Source: Felis catus
Taxonomy: Eukaryota
Assembly (NCBI RefSeq): GCF_018350175.1
Contig: NC_058373.1
Coordinates: 137,020,001-137,084,000 of the forward strand
Direction: 5' to 3'
DNA: 64,000 nucleotides
The position numbers were made by a program, and so were the translations under genes. Below the pieces are notes generated by a model. That model had not been told where the DNA came from. It made no database searches and saw only the letters and a list, made by a program, of their open reading frames with translations. Shown here in pieces: positions 22,404 to 34,530 of this stretch (its first letter is position 1; each line of letters starts with the position of its first letter).

Positions 22404-25400
22404 CGTCCTGCGAGACAGAGAGGGGGCACCACGCCCGCGTCAGGCCGCACGCTGAGTCCCTCGGCCACTGACTGACACCACGGGAAGCATCCAGAGCTTA
22501 CCGAACGCCTACCGTGTGCCGGCCCAGTGCCGAGGACTCCCCTTCGCCCTCATCATGGAGGACGGAAAGGCTCTACGGGGCTCCCCACCTGCCAGGCCCC
22601 CTTGTAAGCCCCTTGCCGTCTCCTCTCCGGGCCCTCTTGTAATGGCCTGTGACCCAGGGCGTACGACAATCGTCCATTTACAGAGGAGGAGACCAAAGGC
22701 CCAGAGAGGTTTAAGTCACCTGCCCGAGGCCGCAGGGCAGGGAAGTAGCAGGCCCGGAATCACAGACCCGGGCAGGCTGGGTCTTGGCAGTGGCACTGAC
22801 ACCCGCAATGGCCTGTGTGCCACGGTCCCTGCTCCACAAAAGGGGAAACTAAGGCAACAATGAGCACGGGAGATTTGGGCTCACTTACCCGGGAAATGGG
22901 CCGGATCAGGCTCACGTGCGACTGGATGGGAACGGGAACACTTCCGTGAACTCTTTTTATTTACCGGACACGAGGCTGCTGCCCAGAGGGGGCGAGATCT
23001 CGCCCAGTGACACACAGCCAGGTCACAAGGGGCCGGGGGGCCATCCCCACTCAGCACGCAGGGCGAGCCTCAGCCCCTAGCACTTTTGCCGGAGCTGCAG
23101 GACAGCCCCACAGGGGTCTGGGGCCTCGGCCACGTGAAGGGGGTCCAGTCCCTGCAGCCAGCTTACCCGCACATCCTCGCCACACCTCCGTCCCAGAGCT
23201 GGGGTCGGCGGTGACGTGGACGGCCGACATACTGAGTTCCCCAGTAGATTAGGGGTTTGTGCGCGTACGTGGGGCAGGGGGGTGGGCGTTGAAAAAGCAT
23301 TTCTTTTTCCGACGGACCTGAGTTCTAAGGTGGGCTTTGTCACTACCAGCTGGGTGACCAGGACAAGCCACTCAGTCTCTCTGGTTTCCTGTTGCCTCCT
23401 ATAGAGAAGTGAGCTTGTTGGGAGAATCCGGTGAAGTAAGTCGGACACCAGACTGAACCCTGACGGGTTCTGGCGGCTGGCAGGGGCTGCCAACCAGAGG
23501 CCTTCAGAGGGCAGGTCGGGGACGGACATGGGTCCCCTGGCTCTGGGGACACAAGAGGAAGCAGCAAGCTTCATGGCTGAACCAACTAGAGCAGGCTCTG
23601 CCTGGCACTGGTCACAGTCCACATCACTCACAGCAACCCAGAGCCCGCCCTGCCCCTCTGAGCTCCCCCTGCCCCAGATGTGGCCCCGCCACGGGCCACC
23701 AGCCTGCACCCCCTCAGCACAACCTTCTGTCTTCACGGGTGGGGAAACTGAGGCCCGAGCAGAGGAGGACGTGCCCACGGCCACATCAGGTAGCTGTTTC
23801 TCATGTAACGAAAACCATCAAGCCCAAAGAGGCAGAGGAATCCTTAAAGTTGGAATTTGAAACCCGGAGGGGAAAAAGCTGGGAATAAGAAACGTTGGGT
23901 CTCGTGTCGCCTCCCTGACCTTTACGGGTGTCTTTGGGACAAACCAGCAAGACCCAGCACAACACTGGCTTCTCTCCACCACCCTTTCCCTGGCCTTCGT
24001 GGCTCTAAATAATCCAAACATGACCGACCACACGCAGCTGTAGAAATCCAGGTGGGGGGACATCTGAATGAGTTTCCCCTGCACCGACATTGGATTCTCC
24101 GTTAGCAGCGGTCTGGGTTTGGTGATGCGAAATGGAGTGAGGGGTGGGGTGAGGGGAGGCGGGGTGGGGGGTGGGGGGTGGGGGGTGGGAGAGGCTCCCT
24201 CGGAGGAGGGAGCTGCTGGCTGGGAGGCTTGGCTGGGGAGGGGCCGCCGCCATCGTGGGCACAGCCGTCTCAGTGCGTGTAACATCGCCTACTCTGGTGA
24301 AAAGTCTGAGGCCCAGAGAGGGTCAGGGCCTTGCCAAGGCCACACAGCGAATCGGTGGCAGAGCTGGAAGGAGCCTTGGTTTCCCTACCACTTGAACGGC
24401 AGATTGAGACAGCCGTGTCCTCGGGTCTCAGACTCTGTGGGCGTCAGAACCGGGCCCCGGGGGACGCTGATGTGGGGCTTGAGCCTCCTCTTGGCTTCCC
24501 TTTGCCTCTCAGTTGCTCCTTCCAACTCAGGGCCCCCAGCCTCCTTTCTCCACGCCCTTCTGTCAAAGGCGGCACCCGGCGCCCCCAGAGCCTGATGCTG
24601 GGGAAGATGGTGTCCTGGACGGGGAGGCACTCGGAGGTGTAGAGACCGAGCTTTAAACCTCAGGAATGAGGAGGTCATGGCGACATCTCCGGCATCCAGG
24701 GCAGGTGGGAGCAGTCTGCCAGGGAGGGGGCCCGTGAAGTGAGCCATTTCTTTGCCTAGTCAAATACCATTTCCACCCACAAGCATAAAATGAATGATCC
24801 CGGGTGACCCAGTGGGGTCCAGGCAAGCCACTGGGGCATCAACCACCTGCTAAAACCTGGCCCTGAATAAGCCCAGGTGTGATTCAGCTCAACCACCCGT
24901 GGGCGATAGCCTTGGGCAGGTGACTTCACTCCTTTGACCCCCGGCTTCCTGTCTGTAAAGCGGAGGGAAGATGCCTGTGCGTGGCAGATGTGAGGTGCAG
25001 ACAAGGTGACGGGTGGGTGGGCACCTGCCAGGTGTGGACGCCCTCGTACCTACGTACAGGTAGGGTTCAGGTGGAAAAACTGGCAGGTCCCTTCCCGGCC
25101 GGTTGCCGTATTGCCCAGGACCAGAGAAGACGGTCCGTGCTCAGCGATGAACGGCCTCTGAGTTTCGGAGAATTTTAAGTTCAATTCTGTGCCCAAACCT
25201 GTGCCTCAGCGTCACCGTCACTGTCATCGTGTCCAGTAAATACCATCGTGTCCAGTTTCACTGTCTCTGTGTCATCTAATGTCCCTGACAAAGCTTACCC
25301 TACGAAGTGGGAATTACTATCAGCCCCGTTGTAGAAATGGAGAAACTGGGGTCACAGAGGTTACGTAACTTACTGAAAGCCATAGACCTGGTTGCCTATG

Positions 25401-26799
25401 AATCTGGGATTTCATCTTAACTAAGCATTTTGATTCCGGAACTTGGCCTTCCGTCCTTCTCTGTGTACAAAGCTGAAGCCAGACACCTTGAAACAGGAAA
25501 TCGGTGGAGTGGTCTGGCTCAGGGAAGGGGGGGAAGCATCACTTGGGGTTAAGCTCAGAGGCTATGAGGCCAGAAGGCTTGCGTTCAGTTCGATATCAGC
25601 TGTGTGACCTTGGGCAAGTTACGTAACCTCTCTGAATCTCCGTTTCCGGGAGATGACCAGCGTGCATTTCCTCATGGAGCGACGGTGCAAATTAAATATG
25701 TGCAAAGTGCCAAGAAACGCTTCACACCCTGTCAGCTGTCAGGGAGCCTCAGCCGTTACTGATATTGTTATGGACCTTTTGGAGCACCACGTGGGAGTCC
25801 GGTGGCCTTGGCCATCTTTGTAGCCTCTGTCTCCAAAAACCGATGACAGAGACACTTTATCTTTCCCGTGCTCCGGGGATCAAGGCTGGAGGGGTGGGGT
25901 GAGGGGAAAGAGGGCAAAAGCTGTCTACGGTTTGTCCAAGGGGACAGAGAGGCTGAGCAGTGGCCCAGGGTCACCCAGCATCAAAGAGGCCTCGAGGCCA
26001 GCCCAGGCTTCCCATTCCCCAAGACCCGAGACAATTATGTTGGCAGGGGGAGGAGGTTTGGGAACGTGAGCTCTGGAGTCAGGCGGCCTCAGTTTGAATC
26101 CTGGAGAGTGTGCCATTTGGGGCAAGTTCTAAACTTCTCTGTTCCTGACCTCCTTATCTGTAAAATGGGAATAACCTCAGTAACCGCCTCAAAAGGCTGC
26201 TATGAGGTCTAAGGTCCTGAGCGCATGTAAGGAGATCAGCAGCCGCCTGGCTACAGCAAGGGCTCAGGAGCACAGCTCCGAGCCCCGAGGACGGTGCCCT
26301 CCAGGGTTTTGGATCTTGCACCACGAACGAGGGCGCCCAGAAGCCCACGGACAGGGAAGCCCAGCGTGGTTCTGATCTGGGCATATCCGCGGAGGATGGA
26401 GTGAACAGCTGGAACTCTGGGCTCCGGTCCCACCGGCCTCCCCCAAGCTCCCTATATGAGTCTGGGCTCCCCACTGTCCCTCTCTGAGCCTTATCTTTCT
26501 CACCCTTAGCAGCGGGGAGAAGATACGCCCCCAGGCACAGGGAAGGCGGTGAGCCCTGCAGGAGGCAGCCCATGGGAAGGACACAAGAGCTCTGCCAACC
26601 TCCCTCCCGGGGTCCCACGTCCACACCACTCACAGAGGGCCAGTGTTTTCTCCAGTAGGAGCTCCAGGGCTGCCCTTGCTGTGATGACAGGGGGTCCGGC
26701 CCCAGCCTGTGCCACCCTCTCCGCATTCCCGGGGCCTGCCTGGCAGTGCAGGGGCCCCGAGACCTCTCCGGAGGCTCCCCCAGTGGAAGGCATACTTAC

Positions 26800-26845
26800 G
26801 GTTTACTGTCCCAGGCCGGGGCTGGTGACCGAGGCTGAGGAGACA
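26800..26845 (-). other. SERPINA1: SERPINA1 non-coding hepatocyte exon Ic (TSS approximate)
   Basis: CTGTCTCCTCAGCCTC...CCTGGGACAGTAAACC|GTAAGTATG matches recalled human exon Ic. GT donor at 26798-26799, downstream of the TATA element. Confidence 0.88.
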
Positions 26846-26857
26846 GAGCCTAGTTGT

Positions 26858-26965
26858 GCTTCGTATTTAAGCAGTGGACCCAGAGGGACGACGGGGGAGG
26901 CTGCTGGTGAATATTAACTAAGGTCACCCCAGTTATCAGAGGAGCAAATAGGGACTAAGTCCATA
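26858..26965 (-). promoter_or_regulatory. SERPINA1: SERPINA1 hepatocyte proximal promoter: TATA-like TTAAATA (26864-26870), HNF1 site AGTTAATATTCACC (26906-26919), FOXA site TATTTGCTC (26942-26950), HNF4 site TGGACTTAG (26955-26963)
   Basis: Motif order and spacing match the well-characterised human AAT promoter (TGGACTTAG...TGTTTGCTC...GGTTAATATTCACC...TTAAATA). Confidence 0.9.
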
Positions 26966-27039
26966 GGCCAGTTCTGAGCTGCCCACTCGCACGGCCCCTG
27001 TGTGCTCTGTCTGGACGGCACGCAGCCCTCTGTTCCCTA

Positions 27040-27250
27040 CACGAAAGGGAGTCATTGTGCCCAGCTCATAAACCACAGCGTCCTGCATCCACGGGGGTGG
27101 GGGTGGGGGTGGGGGCATGACTCAGGCACTCTTTGGGACAGCATCACTTTGGTGGCTTACCCTCCCCCTGGGGAGTTCTCAGTGGCTGCCCCACTGGTGG
27201 CAAGGAGCCACCTTGAAATGCCTCCTGCTGGAGACGCGCTGCTGCCTTGG
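27040..27250 (-). other. SERPINA1: Homolog of SERPINA1 alternative non-coding exon Ib region; AP-1 site TGACTCA at 27118-27124
   Basis: Colinear similarity to recalled human exon Ib (CTTGCCACCAGTGG..CAGCCACT, CAGGACGCTGTGGTTT, ACAATGACTCC). Use as an exon is not shown. Confidence 0.6.
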
Positions 27251-28699
27251 GCGCGGGCGGGGAAGTTAAAAGCACATTTGGCGGGCAGGGAAACTGAGGT
27301 CTGGAGCGGAGAGGTTGCTCGTCCATAGTCAGCCAGCTAGCCCCAGAGGCGAAAACCCTCTCGATTTTCCTGAGGGGTGAACGGGCCATGACCAATGCTG
27401 ACACAGCCGCTCTGGGCTGGCACGGGCGGCCACAGGCACAGGCCAGGGGGCAGATGGCAAAGCGATAAAGAAGGGCTGTGCTGCCTCAGGCAAACTGCTT
27501 CACCTCTCTGAACCAGGAGGGGCTTTTGTCTGCATCGTAGGGGTTTGGAAGTCCGGCTTCCGAGCGGGGGTGTCGGGGGACGTACGCGACCACTTCTGTA
27601 AAGTGCCTGGTGCACAGAGGGCTCTTCGGTTTGGCCCGCACAGCCCTCTGCTCAGCCCTGCTCTCCAGGCTTCTCTGGGCAGGAGGAGGCTTAGTTCTTG
27701 GCCAGCCTCAGCCTGTTACTGTTTCCACTGGGTGTGGCTCCCGGCAGAGGAATGTGGTTCACAAGCTGCTTGGATTTTTCTGGGCATGTGGCCCTGTTCT
27801 GGGGCTATTACAGCCCCCTGGAGCGCCACTGGGGGCGGAGATGGTGGGACAGAGTAGAGGCTTGGCAGGGCCTCACTTGACCGTGATCCCTATAGGAACC
27901 TAAGGCAGACCTCACCCCCTCTCTGTGCACCCTGACGGTCCCTGGCGCAGGATAGGCGCTCTACGGGCATTTGTCGAAGGGGCAGATGAGTGGGTGAGTG
28001 CGTTTCTGTCCCTCCTCTCGTTCCCCTGGTCCCAAGTGTGGGACTCTGCCAGGCGGACGACCTGTAGTTTCCTCTGGGACACGGGTTCAGGCCCGGGAAC
28101 CCAGCTCTCCCATTCATTGACTGTGAGATTTCAGAGCAGCTGTTTAACCTCCCCGTGCCTCAGTTTCCCCACCTGTGAAACGAAGATCGCAACAGTACCC
28201 GCCTCGATGGGCCGCTGTGAGGATTCAACGCAGTAGTTCAAGGTTAGCTCAGAGCCCAACGTCGGGTGTGCACAGTAAGCCCTTGTGATGGGGGCCCTAC
28301 CTCGTGCCGGTGGCTTTCCTTGGTGTCATTGTGGGGGAGGGAGGCATTCCAGCACTATCCCCCCAGGCTCTCCTGTCCAGTGCTCTCAGTGACCCTGTGA
28401 GGGGAGCACCTGCCACCCCCCATAGAGAGCAGAACAAGCTCAGAGAGGGGAAGAAGCCCCACTCCCATCCTGCCCCCCTACTTCCATGATATGGCTTCGG
28501 GCTCCTTCCCCTCAGCTGGCTGGCTGGGCACCTCCCCGCTGGGGCCCTACACCCCCCCCCCCCCATGGCTCGGAGAGCTGGGCTGTGATTGAGGCAAGGC
28601 CTGACCTCCATACCTCCCGAGCATCTCCTCCTCTCCCTGTGCCTCAGTTTCTCCATCTGTTCAATGGCCTCCTTCCAACCCCAGCTGCCCCCCCCCCAC

Positions 28700-28985
28700 C
28701 TCTTGCAGTGAGTGGATGGACAACACCAAGTGTCCCCCGTCCATGCTCTTGCCAAGCTTGGCCCCCCTGGCCCAGTGGCCTCGGGGCTGGTGGGAGGGAC
28801 CGCGTCATGCCCCCTCTACCTGTGATCCTTGTGCTGTGCTGGCCTCCACACCTCCTGTGACAGCCTGGCCTCCTCTGCCTCCTCCGAGACTCCGTGTGCG
28901 CCCGGAGGAGTGCACGGTCTCTGCCAGCCTCGGAGGAAGGAGACTCTGGGTGTCCGAGGCAACAGGTCTGGGAGGGGCGGGGAAC
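28700..28985 (-). promoter_or_regulatory. SERPINA1: Homolog of SERPINA1 monocyte/macrophage exon Ia and GC-box promoter
   Basis: About 2 kb upstream of exon Ic, with similarity to recalled human exon Ia. Candidate donors CACAG|GTAGAG (28818-28819) and AAGAG|GTGGGG (28698-28699); GC box GGGGCGGGG at about 28974-28982. Confidence 0.55.
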
Positions 28986-30145
28986 TGGGACAGGAAGCCG
29001 CCCAGCACAAAGCTGTGGGTAGCCGGGCGGGTGCCAGTCAGCCCTTCCTGGCCCAGGCAGTCCTGCTTGTCACCTGCTCTTCTGGCTGTGTCCATAAGCC
29101 TCTGTCAGAGGGAGGGTGGCCCTGGGCTCAGAGGGTTAAAGGAGACAACAGGTGTCAGTCCCCCTCCTAGCCCACGGCCTGGCACTAGCATCTCGGTGGG
29201 CTTCCAGGGCCAGCCGTGGAGGGGAGGTTGGAGCCACCTGACAAATGCCCAATGAGACCCCCACAGAAGCTGAGAAGGGTCTCCGTGTACGGCAGAGGTG
29301 TATGTCCCGGACTCTGGCTGGGTGCAGAAGGGATGCCAGACGTCCCAGCAGGGGCTGGGCCACGTGAGGGGCTCAGGGACCCTGTCCCGTTCGAATCAGG
29401 ACTCCACGCTCAACTCTTCCTTACCTCCCTGTCCTACTCTCCCATCCCCACCGTCCTAGGATTTTCTGCAGCCTCAGCGCGGGCAGGCAGGCTGGTGGCA
29501 GAGGGCTCCTGATCCAGGAAGAAGGGGTGGGATGATCCGGGGAAACTGAGCTGGGATAGAATCCTGGTTGGGAGGGGGCACCCAGTGACCTTTCTCGAGG
29601 ACAGCGGTCCATGAACCAAAAACCATGGTGGGGCAGGTCTGGTCCGCTTGGTTACTGCTGGAATTGTTGATTGCAGCCTCTGAGCTGATGCGCTGGGAGT
29701 GAACGCATCCTCGGAAGAGCCCGTGGGCTGGTTTAAATACGAAGCTTCTGGGGTCCCCCTCCCCGTCCCCAGGCCCTGCCTAGAGGTGGGAGAAGCCTGA
29801 GCGCTGAGCTGTTGTGTCTGCAGTGGAAAGGGCGTGAGGGGGAGGGTGACCAGGCGGGTCAGGAGAGTGGGGTGTACTTCAGGGGCATTTCGGGGCCATT
29901 GGGAGAGCTCCCTGGACCGTGCCGACGGCCCCTTGCAACGCTGGAGCTCTCACGCGCTCTCTGGTCCCCCGGCACCGGCTCCCTTCCTCAGGGGGCAGCG
30001 TGGGGTGGTGGTTAGGGCACGGGCTCAGGAGCTAAACACCTGGGTTCAAGACTGAACTACACCACCGGTTGTCCTTTGCGAAAGCTTCACCGCTTGCCTC
30101 GGTTCCCTCATCCGTAATACGCGCAATAAGAGGTATCCCTTGTTG

Positions 30146-30366
30146 CTTTTTAAATCTTTTTAACGTTTATTTACTTTTGAGAGACAGAGAGAGACAGAGA
30201 ACGAGCAGGGGAGGAAGAGAGGGAGAGGGAGACACAGAATCTGAAGCAGGCTCCAGGCTCTGAGCTGTCAGCACAGAGCCCGAGGCGGGGCTCGAACCCT
30301 CGAGCCGTGAGATCGTGACCCGAGCCGAAGTCAGTTGCTTAACCGACTGAACCACCCAGGTGCCCC
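30146..30366 (-). mobile_element. CanSINE inserted in a MIR
   Basis: SINE consensus; TSD aagaggtatc. Confidence 0.92.
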
Positions 30367-31594
30367 GAAGAGGTATCACTTGCACCAGGATTGTGAGGAA
30401 TCAATGCGAAATGGGGATAATGGGTCTTTTTCTCAGAGGGGCTCAAGGGAACTGATGCTCGTGGGGTGTTTTACACCAGGCCTGCTCTTGAATGTCACGG
30501 GAACCCGTGTGTGTCTGCCTTCTCCCAGCCCGTTCACTTTAGTAGGGTTGGTCGGATGCTCCTGGCTTTCTCTCCCAGGACACGAGTTCAGTTGGCGCCG
30601 TGAATCTGCGGCCGGTTGGCACCTTGCAAATCATCCAACTTGCAACTCCCTACTGGGCCCTCTTCCCTCCTGGATGGCACCTCTGGGCCTGCTTCCTGTG
30701 TGTGGTTCGGTTCTTGCTTTTTCTGGAAATGTTTGGCTTCTCCAGAGCCTTCTCGGCTCGTCCTTACTCAGAGAAAAAGGAGGCCGACGCGTGCGTCGTA
30801 AGTGCATTCTATTAACAGAGTCGGTAGAAGGTGTAGAGCGCACATCTGTAGCTTTAACCCCTACGTGTTGAAATTAAGAGAGCCAGCGTTTTTGGTATAA
30901 CTAACCCTTCCTGCGCTTTAACTTTACTCTCTTGAATTTATGGGCCATCATGGCCACCATGGCCTCTCAGCTTTTGGGAGGCTCAACTTATCCTGTTCAA
31001 CTACAGTGCTATTTCCTTTAGGATGGTCAATTGCCACACGTTGGCCAACGGACTCCTTTCTCCTCTTAGCGATGCTAGCCGACCTTCGGAAAGCATGCAC
31101 TCCTATCCCAGCAACGACGCGGTGATCCAGGCCCATTCTCTTCTCTTGTCCCTAGACACGGTGCCAGCGGCCCTCTCTGGGGGGGGAAGGGAGCAGGTGT
31201 GGCAAGGGTCTTCCTAGGGACCCCGGCGAGCACCGGACGTGCAGGACCCGCTCCTGCGAGGGGGCCAAGGGAGACCCTGAAGGACTTTGGGACTTGTTTT
31301 CCAGAAATTCGAGCCCTGCGTGGGTGGCTCAGATAAAGAGGGCAATTAGGGATCTTTGAACTTACCCAGCTCTGACCTTGGGTGGAAATGGTACGATTTA
31401 CCTTGTTGTCTTCATTCCTGTTGACATGAAGAGTTTCTGTTTGCTTGGTTTTAAGGAGTCTTTCGCTGCTCTCGTCTTGGGAGACAGAGACCCAGACTGA
31501 CTCCGGGGTGTGGGCTTGTCACCACGTGTGGTGTGGCTGATACTTCTCAAGCCCTCACTGTCTGCTGGGCTCTGTTTTCTTTACTTATCTATAT

Positions 31595-31632
31595 TTTAAA
31601 GTTCATTCATTTTGAGCAAACGTGGGGGGAGG

Positions 31633-31668
<36 letters not shown>

Positions 31669-31778
31669 GAGGGGAGAGCAGAGCTCGATTCGGGGCTCAA
31701 GCTCACGAACTGTGAGATCACGACTTGAGCAGAAACCAAGGGTGGGATGCTTACCCGACTGAGCCACCCAAGTGCCCC
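31595..31778 (-). mobile_element. CanSINE
   Basis: SINE head ending ccacccaagtgcccc; (GA)n. Confidence 0.88.
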
Positions 31779-32024
31779 TGCTGGGCTCTGTATGACGGTG
31801 GGCGGCATATATCCCCTTAGTACAGATGAGGAAACTGAGGCACAGAGCGTTACCCTGAGGCTGACAGTGTGGCCAGTCTGCCTCCTTCTCCCTCCCCCAT
31901 CCTTCCCTTCCTTTCTCTGTCCCTGATCATCATATGGGGTCCTCATAAAAGAGGGACAGCAGGGTCACAGCCAGGGAGGGGGGTGTGGCAACAGAAGCAG
32001 AGGTCAAGGTGGTGTGGGGAAGGG

Positions 32025-32220
32025 GTTTGTAACACGAAAATCGGCGTCCACGTAGAACGCTTCATGGGAGCACGGTCACACCGTTCATTTACCGTTCCCG
32101 GCTGCTGTCATGCTGTGGTGACAGAATAGAATGGTTGTGACAGAAACCGTGGGGCCTGCCGTGCCTAAAACTAGGCTTCTGTACTACCTGGTTTTTCCAG
32201 AACAAGTTTGCTGATCCGTG
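32025..32220. mobile_element. MER58A-like hAT DNA transposon remnant
   Basis: CATTTACC...GGCTGCTGTCATGCT...GTTGTGACAGAAACCGTGGGGCC...CCTAAAA...AAGTTTGCTGATCC. Confidence 0.65.
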
Positions 32221-34379
32221 CCCGCGACCACAGACCACACCGCCTCCCCTGGTCCCTCTCAGCAGTGCCTCTTTGGGACAGGCCGCCTTGGGACAGGCTT
32301 TGGGACAGGCCGCTCTGTCCCGGGAGGGACACCCTGAGTCATCACGTCCGGGGCCCGGATGAAGTCACCGAGGAGCCTCCCTGACCTCCCACCCCCACAA
32401 CGTGGCCATGCCCGGGGACGTCTCCCTCCTTGCTGCTTCCACAGCAAAGCTTTGGAGTATTTATGGTGAGAGCTGACAATTAGTAAGCACCTCGTGCATG
32501 CCAGGAGCCATTCTAAAGCATTTCAGGGAGATGAATTCTCTCATCCTCACGACAGGAGGGAGCCGTTCCTTATAGCTGAGCGTGTGCTGCCCTAGAACTA
32601 GCTGACCCACCCATAGGCCTAGGACGTGGGTGCTTTTGTTACCCCCATTTTATAGATGAGGAAACTGAGGCTCATAGAAAAGCCAGCTAGCCCTAGGTCA
32701 CAGAGCTGGCGAGTGGCGAAGGGGGATAGATGGAAGCAGGCCGTGTGCCTGCGGGGCAAGGGCACAGAACCCAGAGCTCAGCCTTGACGCCGGACTGCAG
32801 TCACCTGAGGGCAGGACCGCCTGTTTTCCGACTCTGGCTCTGTGCTGAGCACACAACAGGAGCTCAAAGTCTGCTTGGGGAACCGAGGTGGAGAGAATGA
32901 AGAAGCAGAAACTGAGTGTGTCTTTCATCAGATGGCCGAGGGGTCTTGCCAGGGTGAGAGGGTGAAAGCCTATAAAATGCTATAGATGTGCGTGGGGGGC
33001 ATGCGGCTTCCTAGATTGAAAACCACTTGCACGTCTATTGAGCTGGAAATCATCCTGTGGGGAAGCCTCCCCTGGGCCCTTGGCCCAGCCCCAGGAGAGG
33101 GGCCGTGGGCTCACAGCCAGGACCTGGAGCGAGGCTGTCCTGCCCCCCGCGAAAAGCGGCGGCCCCCATCTGCCACCCCTGTCTGCCCCACGAGAAAAGG
33201 GGAAGGGCTCATGGGAAGACGACAGCTCGGGGACTGAGCCACCGAGGGACGGGGATTGTATCACGTCTGCTGTGCCTCCCCCCTGTGACTCGGCCTGGCA
33301 GGTGCAGGGGCCTCTCTTCTCGGTCCCACTGCCCGGGAGCTGACCCTGCCGCCCCCCCCATCCCCAACTGCTCACAATTTAATCCCAGTGACAGCAGCTG
33401 CCGGGTGCCCGGTACCGTGTGCACAAACCGTGCTCTTCCCGACAGCTCTGCAAAGATCGTTTCATTATATCCACTTTGCAGGCGAGGCTCAGAGAGGATA
33501 AATAGGATGATTCCACGAAACCTCTCCTGAGCCCTCCCTTCCCTCCCCCTCTCCACTGCTACTGCCTGACCTGGGTGGTCGCTGCCTCTCTGTCTTACAT
33601 TGTATGTGTTTGCTTTTGCTGAGGTGTTATTTACATGCAGTAAAACCATAAACCCTCAGCGGAAAGCTCAACGCGTGTTTCCATTTGTGTATATCTGGGT
33701 AACTGCCGCTCTGACGGAGATAAGAGAACAGATCCATCAGCCCGGGAAGCTCCCTCCATCAGTCTTCTGGTCTCCCACCGAATGTCACTTCTCCTCCGAC
33801 TTCTGTTTCTACGGGTCCGTTTGGCTTCTAGGATGCTGTGTCCTTTTTCTGCGACTGGCTTCTTTCGTTCCACATCGTGTTTTTGAAATTCATCATGTCT
33901 CTGGCTGAGTAGAGTTCCACTGAATGGGTGTACCACAATTAGTTTCTGTTGACAGATGTCTGGGTGTCTCCAGCTTTGACAATTATGAATAAAGCGTCGG
34001 TGAGCACTCAGGTACCTGTTTTCATTTCTCTTGGGCGGACGAGCTAGTTCTGGGGTAGTGCATGCTCGACTCTATAAGGAACGGCTCCCTCCTGTCTCCC
34101 TTCTCCCTGCCGATGCCCACGAGGGTTTCCAGGCCTGCAGTGGGGCCGGGGCTCAGATCCCAGATCTGCTTCCAGCGCTGAGAACCTGAGGCCAGTCACT
34201 TCGCCCACTGTGTGGACTGGGGATGATAATCTGGACCGCCCCCGGTTGCAGGGAAGGTTACGGGAGACATGGGCCATGGAAGCCCAGGCTCTGTAAATAT
34301 TATTTCCCTTTCCTTTCCCGCTCCTGGCAATGCGATGCTTGTTTTAATGGCAGGCAAAGAGAAATGAAATAATTCAATG

Positions 34380-34530
34380 AGACGGCTGGGAACAAAAAAC
34401 AAACCGGCTCCAGAAACGCAGTGAGAAGCCAATGATTGCCATCCCACTTACCGGCTTCTCAGGGCCCTGTATTCAACTTTCCACTTTGCAGAGCGTTGGG
34501 CAATTAAGATAAACAAAGCTAGGTCAACAC
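34380..34530. promoter_or_regulatory. Candidate liver enhancer / serpin locus control region core, ~7.6 kb upstream of the SERPINA1 hepatocyte TSS
   Basis: Non-repetitive motif cluster: CTGGGAA (34386), CCAAT (34429), TCCACTTTG (34480), C/EBP TTGGGCAAT (34496), FOXA ATAAACA (34509), AGGTCA (34521). Confidence 0.45.

Noticed and set aside
21684-22475. 263-aa plus-strand ORF (also 20106-20681 and 17911-18342)
   Set aside because: Antisense shadows of GC-rich SERPINA1 exons; no independent coding signal.
22516-29600. Many 100-235 aa ORFs in intron 1 and upstream of SERPINA1
   Set aside because: Expected in high-GC sequence; low-complexity P/G/R/A translations with no recognisable domains or splice logic.
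30948-31136. DKLSLPK resembling serpin exon IV
   Set aside because: Isolated motif; no following ISG/FSN, donor or neighbouring exon remnants.
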